Under the pieces are notes generated by a model. The model ran no database searches. It was not told where the DNA came from and saw nothing but the letters and a program-made list of their open reading frames with translations. Below, one piece after another: positions 36,736-50,262 of a DNA stretch of 64,000 nucleotides (the stretch's first letter is position 1; every line of letters starts with the position of its first letter). This DNA is from Raja brachyura (Eukaryota). A program made the position numbers and the translations under genes. Where the stretch lies: NCBI GenBank assembly GCA_963514005.1, contig OY740790.1, positions 15,810,001-15,874,000 on the forward strand. Direction: 5' to 3'.

Positions 36736-39700
36736 ATTTGTATTGTTTTATTGTATTGTTTTGTCAAATTGAATAGTATTGTTCTTTGCAGCATTTGTCT
36801 TTTTACTCTCGGTCACGAAGTGGGAGTTAACAATGGAAAATTGCTCTTCTATATCTTAAAAAATATATATTCCTAAGTTCTGAGCTCCTGGTTGAAATGT
36901 TGACTTTCTGCATTGCATTAGGGATCTCTTCATTGAGTGAATATTTTATACTTAAATTCTGTTGCCTGCTGAAAATTTTCTGATTTTGAGATTTCCTCCT
37001 AGTTTAGTTGAGTTTTAATACATCAGACAAAATCAATTTAATTTGTCTTTCAATTTAGTTGTATGTGATACTACAGCTTTGTTTAATTTAAATTATTTTA
37101 CTTGAGAACTATGTTCTGCAGCTCCATCTAGACTAAAAAGATCCTTTCACTGACGGAATTGAACTTGAATGGCCTAATAGTTTCCAAAAGATGTTATCTC
37201 TGCAGTATAGAAGAATAGGTGGTTTTGTTATCTTTTTTATCTATTTGCCTTTATGTTATCTTTAACTCCCCTTCCCCTTTAACCTTGAAGTTTGAAAGCA
37301 ATTACTCTTTGAGGCTGGTTAAATAACAAGTCATAGGCAATTAGGTACATTACGAGAGTGGGCAGATAAAAAGGGCCTCCTGTAAGGGCGGAGGAAGATG
37401 GCCTTAATGATAAGATATGGTGGAATATTTACGCTGAGAAGCATGTGGTTATCGCAGCTCTGCTCTACTGTGCTGCATTTGCCAGGGTGCTGAAGATGAA
37501 AGGACTGCGACTACACTTGTTCTGTAGCTAATGCACTTGGTGCCTCTCTGCTGTGAAAGGTGAAATCTCGGCTGCCTGTGATTTTTTTTTTGGTGAAATT
37601 TGCTGTACAGTAAAGTTCCCTATTAATATAATTTTAAGTTTACATTTCAAAATAGTGGCACTCAAGAATGCTCATGACCACCAAATGTTTAAGTAGATTC
37701 ATGAGATGTAGTTAATAAATATATCAAAGTGAAAATTCTGCCTGCTTGGAGAGCAGGGCATTAAAACCACGAGACTGCCATTTAAAAATGGCAATGGTCT
37801 AGAAATCTGGTTATATACTTTGTTTTGAACATTGAATTCCCCAAGTTTAGGTCCTCATTTTCTGTTTGGGTAGGGTACAACCTGATGACATGAACACTGA
37901 ATTCTCCAATTTTGGGTAAAATATATCAGCCCCACCCCCTTTTTTAAAATTTACCACCTCTCTTCCCAATGTTCAACCACTTTCTCCTTACTCCCGACCC
38001 ATTCCTCTTATATCCCTTTCTCTGGCTTCACTTTTCACTCCTCCTCTCTCCATTGTTTCTCTCTCCATTTTACACTGTTTTGTCTTGTTATACTATTCTT
38101 ATACCAATGTAAAGCACTTTGGCCAATGAGAGTTGTTTTTTTAAATGTGCTATATAAATGACTTGACGACTTGTTTTCATCTCTAGCCTTTGTCCATCTA
38201 TATGCCAGTGAAACACCCTTGACCGGTATCCTTGCCAGGCTTTGTCCTGCCTTCATCTCCTTTCCAACTTTCTCCGCCCCCACTGCCTCACCTCCCAACT
38301 GCCGGCTAAAGAAGGGTCCCGACTCGCAACGTCACCTCTCCAGGTTCTCCAGAGATGCTGCCTAACCTGTTGGGATACTCTAGCACTTTGTGGGGTTTTT
38401 TGTATACTAGCGTCTGCAGTTCCTTCAATCTCCATATAATTTGTTTTATTTGGTGGAATAGAACCCTATTTCAATTGCAAATTTTGACTATGGCAAGAGT
38501 TGCATGTTATATGACATTAACAAATTTGAATTTTGTACCTGTATACAGACATGCTTGAAATAGTTAAGTATTTGTAGCGGTGATATCAATCCCTGTGTAA
38601 AGCTTCCCTTTCCATTTGTGCTATTTATGAGATAGATCTGTAGATTATCATGTGCCTGATTTTTGCCATGATTAGGTGACATATATTAGTCCTTTCCTGA
38701 ACTCTGCCCATATCATTGGTAAATATTGGTAAAATTCCCTTGATTTCTTGATATAATAATCACATGTTAAAAAATAACATGAAATGTCTTTTCCTTTTAT
38801 CCTTTGGCATTTAATTTTATTTGCAACATAGCAAAACTTCATTCAGAATTATGAGAGAATCAAGACCCAACAAAACCCTGCAAATGGACACTCTGACTGT
38901 TCCATTTATTTCCACTCTATATTTTCAGTTACTTTAGAATTATTGCAGTTAAAAGCCATGTCCAGTTTAGACAGCAACAACGATAATGGCCAACTGGTCA
39001 ATTGCCAGGAACAAAAATTATAGAGGAAAGGATATAGGGTGGAACTCTAAAAAAAAGAATGAAATTAGTTAAGTAAGCTTAAAACCAAAGGTGAGTGACA
39101 TCCTACTTTATTTATTGTTAAAAGTAAACACAAAATAGATCAATGGACAGTGATTTGGAAAATGATGGAACATGTTAGAAATCTACAGATCAATCAGAGT
39201 AATATGTACTAAAGCACGTGCCAGCTCACTTAGAGGACCAAATCAGCATGGACTCATTCTCTGCGGTTGCAAAGAAAGGACTCATTATGGTGAAACAATT
39301 TTCAGCATCAAACAGTACCTCACCTGCTGTGTGTGATTATCTCTGTTTAATAGCCGGCAACGGTCTGGACAATTGGATACAGTAAAACCTAACCTTACTG
39401 CCAACTGTCCATTACAGCATCATGGAAATATTAAATGTGGTCCACAGATGTGGGACAGCTTATAAATATACTGCAAGCCATGGATTCCAGCAAGGTCAAA
39501 CCTGCACTGATTGAAAATCAGTCCAATCGCTGCGAATAAAATTGGTTAAGGAAAGTCAGGACACTCCAAATGTGCATTTATAATAGTATGAAACCAGAGG
39601 ATTAATAAACTTCTACCACATATACAGTTGTAGCAGATTGATTCATATAATGTACTGGGTGCATCATTTGCCCCAAGTCCTTCAGAAAAGATGTTTTTTA

Positions 39701-40884
39701 ATATCCCATATTACAGGTCATACCTTGAAAGTACTGAAACATATTTTATGACATTGCCATAGATTATATCAGTTTATTTTAACTTTAGATAGAATTGAGA
39801 GGAAATTACTAAAATGTTATCTTTCCCGTTAAAAAAATTATCCATGATGTCCAATTTGCAGAAATGGTCTGGATTTCAACAAAATGTTGTTTAACAGCCA
39901 GCCCACACTGCAACACTTACTAAATGAAAAGGTAAAATAAACGTAAAAGGATATGAATCCAGTTCTTCCCGCTGAATTTTTGAATGCAAGCATTGTAGAG
40001 AAATTGCAGCAAAGAAGCAGAATATTCATTCCCTGTAACCAATTCCAGTACTCATGCTTACTTGTGCCCCATGATGGGACCAGGCATGTTGCAATTTAAC
40101 TGTGGTCTGAATATTTTGGAGCAGAGGATGAATTTCCACTCTACAGTTGTAGCTCATGTGGTTATTCTGCTTGGGCTTAAAATCAGAGCTTGAAGGCTTT
40201 TAATGTGGTTTACCAAATATATGTAGAAGAGAATAAAGCTGACTGACATTTATGTAGCACTTCATTAAATCTCTTATAAATGTTCCTCACAATTTCATGT
40301 TCAGTAGATTACTTTGAAGAGTGATCAAGAAATTCCCACTGATTGCCACTAGCACTTTGGTGTAGATTTCTTTTTTCCTGAGTTATTAATTGTAAATTAA
40401 ATGTTGACCAGAATACCAAGAGAATTTCCACTTCTTCTTTGACCATAGAATTTTCCAAACTAGCACAGCAGTTAGAAACGATACATGTCTAAAGCATTAT
40501 CATAATGCCAACTTGTTCAAAGTCAAAATGATTGAGTTCATTGACCACATATACTTTTTGGTAGTGTGTGCAAATGTCTAAAATGGGAATTACAATGGAC
40601 AAATTATATTTAGGTAGATCTTAAAGGATTGGCATCATTGGATGCAATTGTGTTTCTGAACTTCAAGAATCATTCCTCCTGCTTCTCAAAAACCCAGGAA
40701 TAACATTAAAGGGAAAAGTTCTGAATGAACTTGGTGGCTGCAGGTTTGGCTTTCTTTATTCAATCACTAGCAGTGCCAACATTGTCCATCGCAAAATAAG
40801 ATTGAACTGAAAGCACAGTTAAGAGCTAGTCACATTGATGGGCATTAAGCCACGTATTGGCCAGGCTGGGTAGGAACATAGGTA

Positions 40885-41245
40885 CTGTTAAAGGTTTGGA
40901 CATGCTAGAGGCAGGAAACATGTTCCCGATGTTGGGGGAGTCTAGAACCAGGGGCCACAGTTTAAGAATAAGGGGTAAGCCATTCAGAACGGAGACGAGG
41001 AAACACTTTTTCTCATAGAGAGTTGTGAGTCTGTGGAATTCTCTGCCTCGGAGCGCGGTGGAGGCCAGTTCTCTGGATACTTTCAAGAGAGAGCTAGATA
41101 GGGCTCTTAAAGATAGCGGAGTAGGGGATATGGGGAGAAGGCAGGGACGGGGTACTGATTGGGGATGTTCAGCCATGATCACATTGAATGGCAGTGCTGG
41201 CTTGAAGGGCCGAATGGCCTACTCCTGCACCTATTGTCTATTGTA
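40885..41245 (+). mobile_element. CR1 3' fragment
   Basis: MFPMLGESRTRGHSLRIRG...LWNSLPRSAVEASSLDTFKRELD and a ctattgtctattg tail. Confidence 0.88.
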
Positions 41246-41827
41246 TTCACCACGGAAAAAAAAGGATGATAGATCAGTGTGGGGTATTCTGATATTCTAG
41301 GGCACATTGAGATCAAGAAGGATGATGGATTGAATCTATTTAAGATGAATAAGTACCTGGGGCCTAACTGAATCTATCCCAGTTTAATGAGGGAGACAAG
41401 AGAGAAAATTGAAAAAAATAGTCAAATCTGAGGAGGACTGCAATTAGCTCCCCAAAGTTTAAGTTATGAACACTCTGCTAACTTGCAACTACCTATGCAC
41501 CTTTACTACTTGTACTCACTGACCTACCTTGGCAAACAGTTCAGCAAAGTCTCAGTCGGGAAATGCTTAACGATTTTTAAAATTCCTTTCACCTTTCTCT
41601 ATACATATAAGTTCCTTCAAACCTACAACATACAAAAATGTCTGCACTCCACCACTTCTGGTCCCCTAATAAATCCCCAGTTTTAATGGTACACCATTGC
41701 GATCTAGGCTTTCTGGTGTCCATTAACGATTCTCTGGAATTCCACCCGTGAATATCTCTCCCTCTTTTACCTAATTGCTCATTCACTCTATTGATTTGGA
41801 AATTTGGGTCTATTAAGAAGCTTACAA

Positions 41828-42790
41828 TAGGATACGATACAAATTAATTCATCCCTGGAGGGAAATTGGTCTGCCAACAGTCACAACACAACAAGGTACA
41901 CGAAAACTTGAAATGAAAGTTAAATTGAAAGTGAGAAAAAAAAAGAAAAAGACAAGCGTCTGTTGGCTGGCTGCCGTGTGTGCACAGCACCTGAACCAAA
42001 CAAACAGACAACAAACGAACACAGACTTATCCCTTGGGCAGAGGATTCAAAACTAGAATGCCTCCCCCACACCGGCTCCCCCTTTGTTCTCTCATGGTAC
42101 TTCACAGCGGTTCCCTCGCGACGGGTCCCCATTGTTCTTCACGGTGGCCCCGCAAGGCTCCCGTTATCGCCGAGGCCCCACCAACGCCGATGCTTCTGTT
42201 GCCGCCGAGGCCCCACCAACGCCAAGGCCCCACTGCTGCCGCCGAGGCCCCACTGCTGCCGCCGAGGCCCCACCATCGCCGAGGCCCCTGTTGCCACCAA
42301 GGCCCCACCACCGCCGAGGCTCCCTTTGCTGCCGAGGCTCCCACTGCTGCCACCGAGGCCCCACCAACGCCAAGGCCCCTGTTGGCGCCAAGGCCCCACC
42401 ACCGCCGAGTCTCCCTTTGCCGCCGAGGCCCCACCAACGCCAAGGCCCCTGTTGCCGCCGAGGCCCCACCAACGCTGAGGCCCCTGTTGCCGCCGAGGCC
42501 CCACCACCGCCGAGTCTCCCTTTGCCGCCGAGGCCCCACCAACGCCAAGGCCCCTGTTGCCACTGAGGCCCCACCACCGTCGAGTCTCCCTTTGCTGCCG
42601 AGGTACCCATCTCTGTCGCCGCTTAAACTCCTTCGGCCCAGACAGGCGTCGCCACCCGGCATCTCCGCTGTCCTCTGGGCGTCGTGTGGGGCGAGTCGGG
42701 TCGGGCCTACCGGGGCGCTTTACAGTTGTCAGCGCGGTTGTTCGGCGGTTGGATCAGGCCCAAGCAGCTCTCCCCGGAGCTTGGGGTAGA
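41828..42790 (-). mobile_element. GC-rich non-autonomous retroposon (copy E) containing a minisatellite
   Basis: The minus 3' end ...aatttccctccagggatgaattaatttgtatcgtatc is the same stem-loop tail type as copy A. Confidence 0.55.
42165..42605. repeat. GC-rich minisatellite built from 15/18-bp modules
   Basis: Repeats of gccgaggccccaccaac / gccaaggcccctgttgcc / gccgagtctccctttgcc. Confidence 0.9.
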
Positions 42791-44979
42791 TGTTAAATAT
42801 TGCAATAATTCACAGACCTATTTCAATATTTCAGACATAGCAATAATTTCAAGACCTGATCAAACATTGAGACAGGTGGACTAGGAGCAAAATAATGCTT
42901 TTTTTCTCTCTCTAGGCTGGAAATTGGTCTATTCCACCATTAGTAATTTTAGAAAATGTTATGGCTCATGCCCCAATCTTCCTAGGATTTAACAACTTGA
43001 TTAAGTTGCATTCTCTTACAATTTTGACAGTAGCTCATTAACTATGGAGAAGGTTAGGTATTCTCTCATTTCTACTCGGAACAGTTTGACCTTCACCTTA
43101 ATCTTAAAATTAATTTATATCCTCTTGTTGTGACCTGAAACTGTTAACGAGCAATGGGAAAATTATTTCCTTACTGGAAGTCTTCAGCCTTCTCTTCCTG
43201 TGGGAAACATTCCGCCTGTTTTCTCTTCTGACATATATTTTCACGTTGAGTCTTTGTGGATGAATGGATCTTCAATGATTTGGGAGGTTCATTATAGTTT
43301 CTCATTGCTAACATCCTCTGGCTTTAATACACCTTATATAATTGAATGCAATAAACGGCCGAGGGAACTGTAACTGCTCTCCACCAGGCACAGGCATTCC
43401 TTTTACTTAAGGACCATCTGTTTTCTAAGCTACAGGCTAAAAATGATAGTCTTGTAAATATGGCTGATAATATTTTGATCCAGAGCGTTGGCGCAATGAC
43501 TGAAATATCCCCAGGGCTGTTGGATTATTTAAATTACTAAATCAGAACTAAAGGGTTATAATTGTAACATTGAAAACAAAAAATTGTCACGATAAAAGGA
43601 CAGGATTGCCCCTTTAGGCAAGGGAACCTGCCACTTTTACTTGGTCTGCCCTCAAAATGATTTCACAACCACCCTCTGGAATGGCCAGAAAACCACTTGA
43701 TTTTATCTAACAATAAAAGCAAGAGGAATGCTCGCTAAACCATGCAGCATTAACCTAGGCACCAGATGTCCGATGTTTCCCTGTCGGCCTTCACAAGGAC
43801 CCCCTTGCAATATTTAAAGACTTGCCAATATTGGGGACATCTCACAGATTAGAGAAGGAATAATTGACTCCCAGAAATAATTCAGCCAAGCATATTCACT
43901 CTATTTCCTATTGACACAGCAGGAGGCTGTTTCAGCCCGTCAAGTCCATGCCAATTCGCAAAACCAATCCCATTTACCCCCAATAACACCACTCCCTGGC
44001 CTGCACTGTACATTAGCCGCTTCCAGCTGCTTCCAGGCCGCTTCCAGGCCGTGCCTGCGTCGACACCGTCACTACTGATCCTTACCAGCTCTCCAGCCTC
44101 TCACGGGCTGTGACCAATGACTCCGTCAATCCTCACCACTCCCATGGCTGCCAGCAAGCCGTGGGCCGTCAACTCAACTGGATTCCAGGCCCCTGTTCCA
44201 GACCGTGATCTGGCGAAAGGTCTCGACCCAAAACATATAGTATCCATTTTCTCCAGAGACGCTGTCTGATGTGCTGAGTTACTCTATTATTTTGTGTCTT
44301 TTTGTATATTAACCAGCATCTGCAGTTCTTTTTTTCTACTACTTGTGCAATGATACTCTATTACTTGGTAATCACCCAATTGGTTATCGCGGACAATCGG
44401 CAATAACGGACACAATTCATCTGCCTTTGGTCTGTTATTATGAGAGTTTACTCCGTGTTCATGAGATGAATGTTGTAACTCAGTATTAGAATTGTGCCTG
44501 CTGTACAGTCACATGTAAAGGAGGGGCAGGGACCTTTTTGAAGTCGGCACAAGTGTTGAGCCTGGTTAAAATGAGTTGCACATGCAACAGCAGCAATGTT
44601 CATTTTACTATCCCTCTTCCTCTTGCTATCTTCACCAGTGTTGTGTGAATGGAAACAAATGCAAATTAAACTAAATGACTGTCTCTCTTCTCACTGTTAC
44701 TTTGTCAGCCTTTTGGGGCAATGACCCAACCCACCCAGTTTGATAATGTTAAAAGCAGATTGGCTGCTGATTTATGAAAACAAAAGTGACTGCAGATCCT
44801 GAGATTTGGCTACTAATTTTGTGCTCCAGAAGGGGTTTTGTTGGATGTGTTTTGCAACCACTGGGTAACCAAGACTGATGGGTATGATGTGGAGAATGCA
44901 CCCGTAGACAAACAACACCCTCAACTCCCAACAACAAGGACTTCAGGGTACAATCTTCTATCTCATTGTACATGCAATG

Positions 44980-45277
44980 TTTAGTTTAGAGATACAGGGT
45001 GGAAACAGGCCCTTTGGCCCAATGATTCCATGCCGATCAGCGATCCACACACACTTACTCTATCCCACACACACTAGGGACAATGTACAATTTTGCCAAT
45101 CCAATTAGCCTACAAACCTGTACAACTTAGGGGGAAACTGGAGCTCCCGATGAAAACCCATGCAGGCCATGGGGAAAACATACAAACTGTATACATACAG
45201 CACCTGTAGTCAGCATCAAATGCAGGTCTCTGGTGCTGTAAGGCAGTAATTCTACCACTGCACCACAGTGCCACCCT
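44980..45277 (-). mobile_element. V-SINE (HE1-like)
   Basis: Reverse complement of the 10629-11032 SINE, from the tRNA head (gtggcactgtggtgcagtggtagaattactgccttacagc) to the ctaaactaaa tail. Confidence 0.85.
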
Positions 45278-45467
45278 TGGTTTTGGACCACCAATATTTG
45301 TGTTAATTTATCAACGATGCCACTAGAGGAGTTTTATTTCCTATTGCTCCCTAAGATAGGTTTCTGCATCAGTTAAATACTGCACTATTTAGAGTCTTTG
45401 AGGCTTGTTAGATGTAAAATTCATATTGCGAGATGTTGATATTCTGTGCTATCCTGTTTTCCTGCAG

Positions 45468-45588
45468 ACTGCAAGTGCTGGGAGGCATTCAGTTAGAATC
45501 ACAGGCCTCAGTATTATTGACTTTCGAGCTGGGTTTTCACGAAAACCAACAATGATTTTCAAGAAGATTGGCAACAGACCTGTGCAAG
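45468..45588 (+). CDS. HMCN1: Hemicentin-1 internal exon (equivalent to exon 7), 121 bp
   Basis: cctgcAG acceptor and AAG|GTCAGT donor; TASAGRHSVRITGLSIIDFRAGFSRKPTMIFKKIGNRPVQ(G). Confidence 0.95.
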
Positions 45589-45907
45589 GTCAGTCTTTAA
45601 TAACCCTATTTTCATCTATGATGGTAAAGAAGATGCTAGTCTACGATGGCACAATATATGCAAATAATTTGAAGTTAGAGCATGAGTGGCAATTATAAAT
45701 ATTCACACTCGGAGCCACTCTATTATCTGACTCATTATTTAATATAGATGCTACTTTACAACCAGATGAAGAGGGAGGGGGAACATCTTTTGTTAACTTT
45801 GATTATTATTATATGTTATTTCAGACAGTATTGTTTTATTGCTGTATTTTAACTGAACTACTTACTGCATCTTTATATTTCACATTTCCTACTACTCATA
45901 CTTGCAG

Positions 45908-46171
45908 GTATCCCAACGTACCTACTGCTGAATACAACTGGACTCGCACCTCCTGCTCGAGTGGATCGCGTGGAGCTTATCAGCACGTCGGGCAAGACAT
46001 TGAAGACAATTCCAATAAGGTATTACCCTGACCGAAAGCCTTACAGCATCCTGAACATGACTGAATTTATTCCACCCGATGAAGCTTTTTTCTTGAAAGT
46101 GACTGGATATGACACCAAAGAGTACCTCTTCCAGCGAGTATCCAGTGTGTCGTACTCCAACATTGTCCCAG
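45908..46171 (+). CDS. HMCN1: Hemicentin-1 internal exon (equivalent to exon 8), 264 bp
   Basis: ttgcAG acceptor and CAG|GTGAGG donor; (G)IPTYLLLNTTGLAPPARVDRVELISTSGKTLKTIPIRYYPDRKPYSILNMTEFIPPDEAFFLKVTGYDTKEYLFQRVSSVSYSNIVP. Confidence 0.95.
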
Positions 46172-46869
46172 GTGAGGCCCACAGTGGCACAGCATTAAAC
46201 CCTGCAGTGCCAGGTGGATGTTAACATTATTCCACTGCTGTGTGGTGTTAGCAATCAACCTGTTACTGTTTCCATGTGAAAGTAATGTCTGCTCTTTGCA
46301 TGAATTGCTTAATATCTTAAAGTAATGGAGAATGGTTTAAAGCAACTTAATTTTACAATTATTTTAAAGATGGCCACATCCTAACAGGCACCATTGATGT
46401 AACCTTTGGTATAAAAGCATCAGTATTATAATTGCGCATCGGCCTATTCGGAACAGAAGGACATTTCCAGCAAGCAACTATTATATACTAAATGGGATTT
46501 GCAATGTAACCTTTCCTCGTTTGGTAACACTGAGGCTGATTATCGTGCTTCCCTATTAATGATGTGCGCTCTCCGAACAAAACAGGAATTGGCTGAACAC
46601 AGCAAAGATTTTATCATCAGAGCCATTCGAGGAATTGCGTTTTTACATTCCTCTCTTAAATAGGTTTTTGCATCAGTTAAATCAATGCACCATTCTGTCT
46701 GTTTGAAGTTTGTTAAAAGTAATCTTTGTTGAAATAATTAAGTTGGATTGATAAAATGGATTTTTCATGCACAAATACAGTACCCTCCATAATGGTTTGG
46801 ACAAAGACATATCATTTCTTTATTTGCCACTGTATTCCACAATTTGAGATTTGTAATAAAAAATTAAAA

Positions 46870-49800
46870 ATCCAGGATGTCATGGACAGAATGCAGAAAA
46901 TCCTCAAGAGCGAAGGTGAACAGCCGGAAGTGGTAGTGCATGTCGGCACAAACAATGTCGAAAAGAAGGGGATCAATATTCTGCAACATGACTTTAGAGA
47001 GCTCGGAAAAATGCTGAAAAGCAGGACCTCCAGGGTGGTTATCTCCGGTTTGCTTCCAGTTCCTCGTGCTGGCGAGAGCAGAAACAGGGAGATACGGGAC
47101 CTGGATGTATGGCTGTGAAACTGGTGCAGGGGGCAGGGATTTCGATTCTCAGATCACTGGGATCTGTTTTGGAGTACCGGGGAACTGCACAAAAGGGACG
47201 GATTGCATCTTAACAGGTGGGGGACCCCTGCCACTGCTACACGGGTGGTTTTAAACTGAATAAGTGGAGTGGGGTGTCAAATGGGATAGTCGAGGATGGA
47301 GTTAAAGGGAAAGAGAAAAAAGGGATAGTTAATGACCCCAGAATTAATGGGAAAGGAAGCTCACAAAGGGATAGTAGAGTATGGCCAAGTGTAATGGGGA
47401 TCAATGTGAAAGGTGAGATGCGTAAGGAATTAAAAGTATTGTATATGAATGCGCGAAGTATAAGAAGTAAAGTATATGAGCTTGAGGCTCAGTTAGAAGT
47501 TGGTAGATATGACATTGTGGGGATTACTGAGACGTGGCTGCAGGAGGATCGGGCCTGGGAACTTAATATTCAGGGTTATACATCAGGTGGGCAGAGGAGG
47601 GGGGGTAGCTCGCTGGTGAGGGATGGACATCGGGACTGACGAGGTAGAGTCGCTGTGGATTGAGTTGAGGAATTGTAAAGGCAAGCAGACACTAATTGGT
47701 GTTATCTACAGACACCCAAATAGTAGCCCGGATGTAGGGTGTAAGTAGCAGCAGGAGTTAAAACTGGCATGTAACAAAGGTAATGCCACTATGGTGATGG
47801 GGGATTTCAATATGCAGGTAGACTGGGAAAATCAGGTTGGTTCAGGACCCCAAGAAAGAGAGTTTGTAGAATGCCTCCGAGATGGATTCTTAGAGCAGCT
47901 TGTAATGGAGCCGACCAGAGAAAAGGCAATTCTGGATTTAGTGTTGTCCAATGAACCAGATATGATAAGAGAACTCGGGGTAAAGGAACCGCTTGGAGGT
48001 AGTGATCATAATATGATTAGTTTTAATCTGCAATTTGAGAAGGAGAAGGTTAAATCGGAAGTGTCAGTGATGCAGTTGAATAAAGGGAACTATGAAGGCA
48101 TGAGAGGGGAGCTGGCCAAGGTAGACTGGAAAGGGATCCTAACAGGAATGACGGTGGAACAGCAATGGCAGGAATTTCTGGGCATAATCCGGAAGACGCA
48201 GGATCATTTCATTCTAAAAAGGAAGAAAGATTCTAAGGGCAATAGGAGGCAACCATGGCTGACAAGAGAAGTTAGGGATAGAATAAAACTAAAAGAAAAG
48301 ATGTATAACACAGCAAAGAGTAGCCGGAAGCCAGAGGATTGGGAAACTTTCATAGGACCACAGAAGGAAACAAAACGAGCAATACAGGCTGAAAAGATGA
48401 AGTACGAAGGGAAGCTGGCCAGGAATATAAAAAAGGTCAGTAAAAGCTTCTTTAGATATGTTAAGGGAAAAAGAGTAGCAAAGTCAAATGTGGGTCCCTT
48501 GAAGGCAGACACGGGTGAAATTATTATGGGCAACAAAGAAATGGCAGAAGAGTTGAATAGGTACTTTGGTTCTGTCTTCAAAGGAAGACACAAACAATCT
48601 CCCAGATGTACTGGAGGACAGAGGAAGGGGGTAGAGGAACTAAACTACATTTTCATTAGGCGAGAAATAGTATTGGGTAGGCTAATGGGACTGAAGGATG
48701 ATCACTGCCCTGGGCCTGATGGTCTGCATCCCAGGGTCCTCGGGGGATGGCTCTAGAAATAGTGGATGCATTGGTGATCATTTTCCAATGTTCAATAGAT
48801 TCAGGATCAGTTCCTGTGGATTGGAGGATAGCTAATGTTATCCCACTTTTCAAGAAAGGAGCGAGAGAGAAAACGGGGAATTACAGACCAGTTAGCCTGA
48901 CTTCGGTGGTGGGAAAGATGCTGGAGTCAATTATTAAGGAGGTAATAATGGGGTATTTGGATAGCAGTAAAAGGATTAGTCCAAGTCAGCATGGAATTAT
49001 GAAAGGGAAATCATGCTTGACTAATCTTCTGGAATTTGTTTGAGGATGTGACAAGTAAAATGGATGAATGGGTGCCAGTGGATGCAGTGTATCTAGACTT
49101 TCAGAAAGCCTTTGATAAGGTCCCACACGGGAGATTGGTTACTAAAATTAGAGCACATGGTATTGGGAGTAGGGTGTTGACATGGATAGAAAATTGGTTG
49201 GCAGACCGGAAGCAAAGAGTAGGAGGGAACAGGTCCTTTTCAGAATGGCAGGCAGTGGCGAGTGGAGTGCCGCAAGGCTCGGTGTTGGGGCCGCAACTGT
49301 TTACCATATATATTCATGATTTGGAAGAGGGAATTAGGAGCAACACTAGCAAGTTTGCGGATGATACAAAGCTGGGTGGTAGTGTGAACTGTGAAGATTA
49401 TGTTAGGAGGTTGCAGGGTGACCTGGACAGGTTGAGTGGGTGGGCAGATGCGTGGCAGATGCAGTATAATATAGACAAATGTGAGGTTATCCACTTTGGC
49501 GGCAAAAACAAGGGGGCAGATTATTATCTCGATGGGGTTAGGTTAGGTAAGGGGGAGGTGCAGCGAGACCTGGGCGTCCTTGTACACCGGTCACTGAAAG
49601 TTGGCGTGCAGGTACGGCAGGCAGTGAAGAAAGCTAATGGAATGTTGGCCTTCATAACGAGAGGATTGCAGTATAGGAGTAAAGAGGTTCTTCTGCAGTT
49701 GTATAGGGCTCTGGTGAGACCACATCTGGAGTATTGTGTACAGTTTTTGTCTCCTAATTTTAGGAAGGACATCCTTATGATTGAGGCAGTGCCGTGTAGG

Positions 49801-50119
49801 TTCCCAATGTTGGGCGAGTCCAGAACCAGGGGCCACAATCTTAGAATAAAGGGGAGGTCATTTAAGACTGAGGTGAGAAATAACTTTTTCACCCAGAGAG
49901 TTGTGAATTTATGGAATTCCCTGCCACAGAGGGCAGTGGAGGCTAAGTCACTGGATGGATTTAAGAGAGAGTTAGATCGAGCTCTGGGGGCTAGTGGAGT
50001 CAAGGGATATGGGGAGAAGGCAGGCACGGGATAATGAGAGGGGACGGTCAGCCATGATCACAATGAATGGCTCAAAGGGCCGAATGGCCGCCTCCTGCAC
50101 CTATTTTCTATGTTTCTAT
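46870..50119 (+). mobile_element. Near-full-length degenerate CR1 LINE (ORF1 esterase end + ORF2 EN-RT)
   Basis: ORF1 SGNH-like VVVHVGTNN motif. ORF2 start LKVLYMNARSI..DIVGITETWL, MGDFN, SDHN, YRPVSLTS, DFQKAFDKVPH, PQGSVLGP, FADDTK; frameshifted; tttctatgtttcta tail. Confidence 0.95.
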
Positions 50120-50262
50120 AAAGGGATTTTAATAAAGGGTATTTTTATACACTTGGGTTTCACCAAGTAGAAATTACATCAGTGTTTGTACATAGTCCCC
50201 CCAATTCAGGGCACCATAATGTTTGGGACACAGCAATGTCATGTAAATGAAAGTACTCATGT

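Noticed and set aside
41963-42796. Pro/Ala/Arg-rich ORFs up to 251 aa as a novel protein gene
   Set aside because: All six frames are open because of a GC-rich minisatellite; there is no splice or promoter context and it lies in a retroposon in an intron.
49524-50027. Antisense ORFs over CR1 copies (also 5972-6361, 40826-41182, 20494-20889)
   Set aside because: They are shadow frames of LINE ORF2, recurring only because the repeat recurs.
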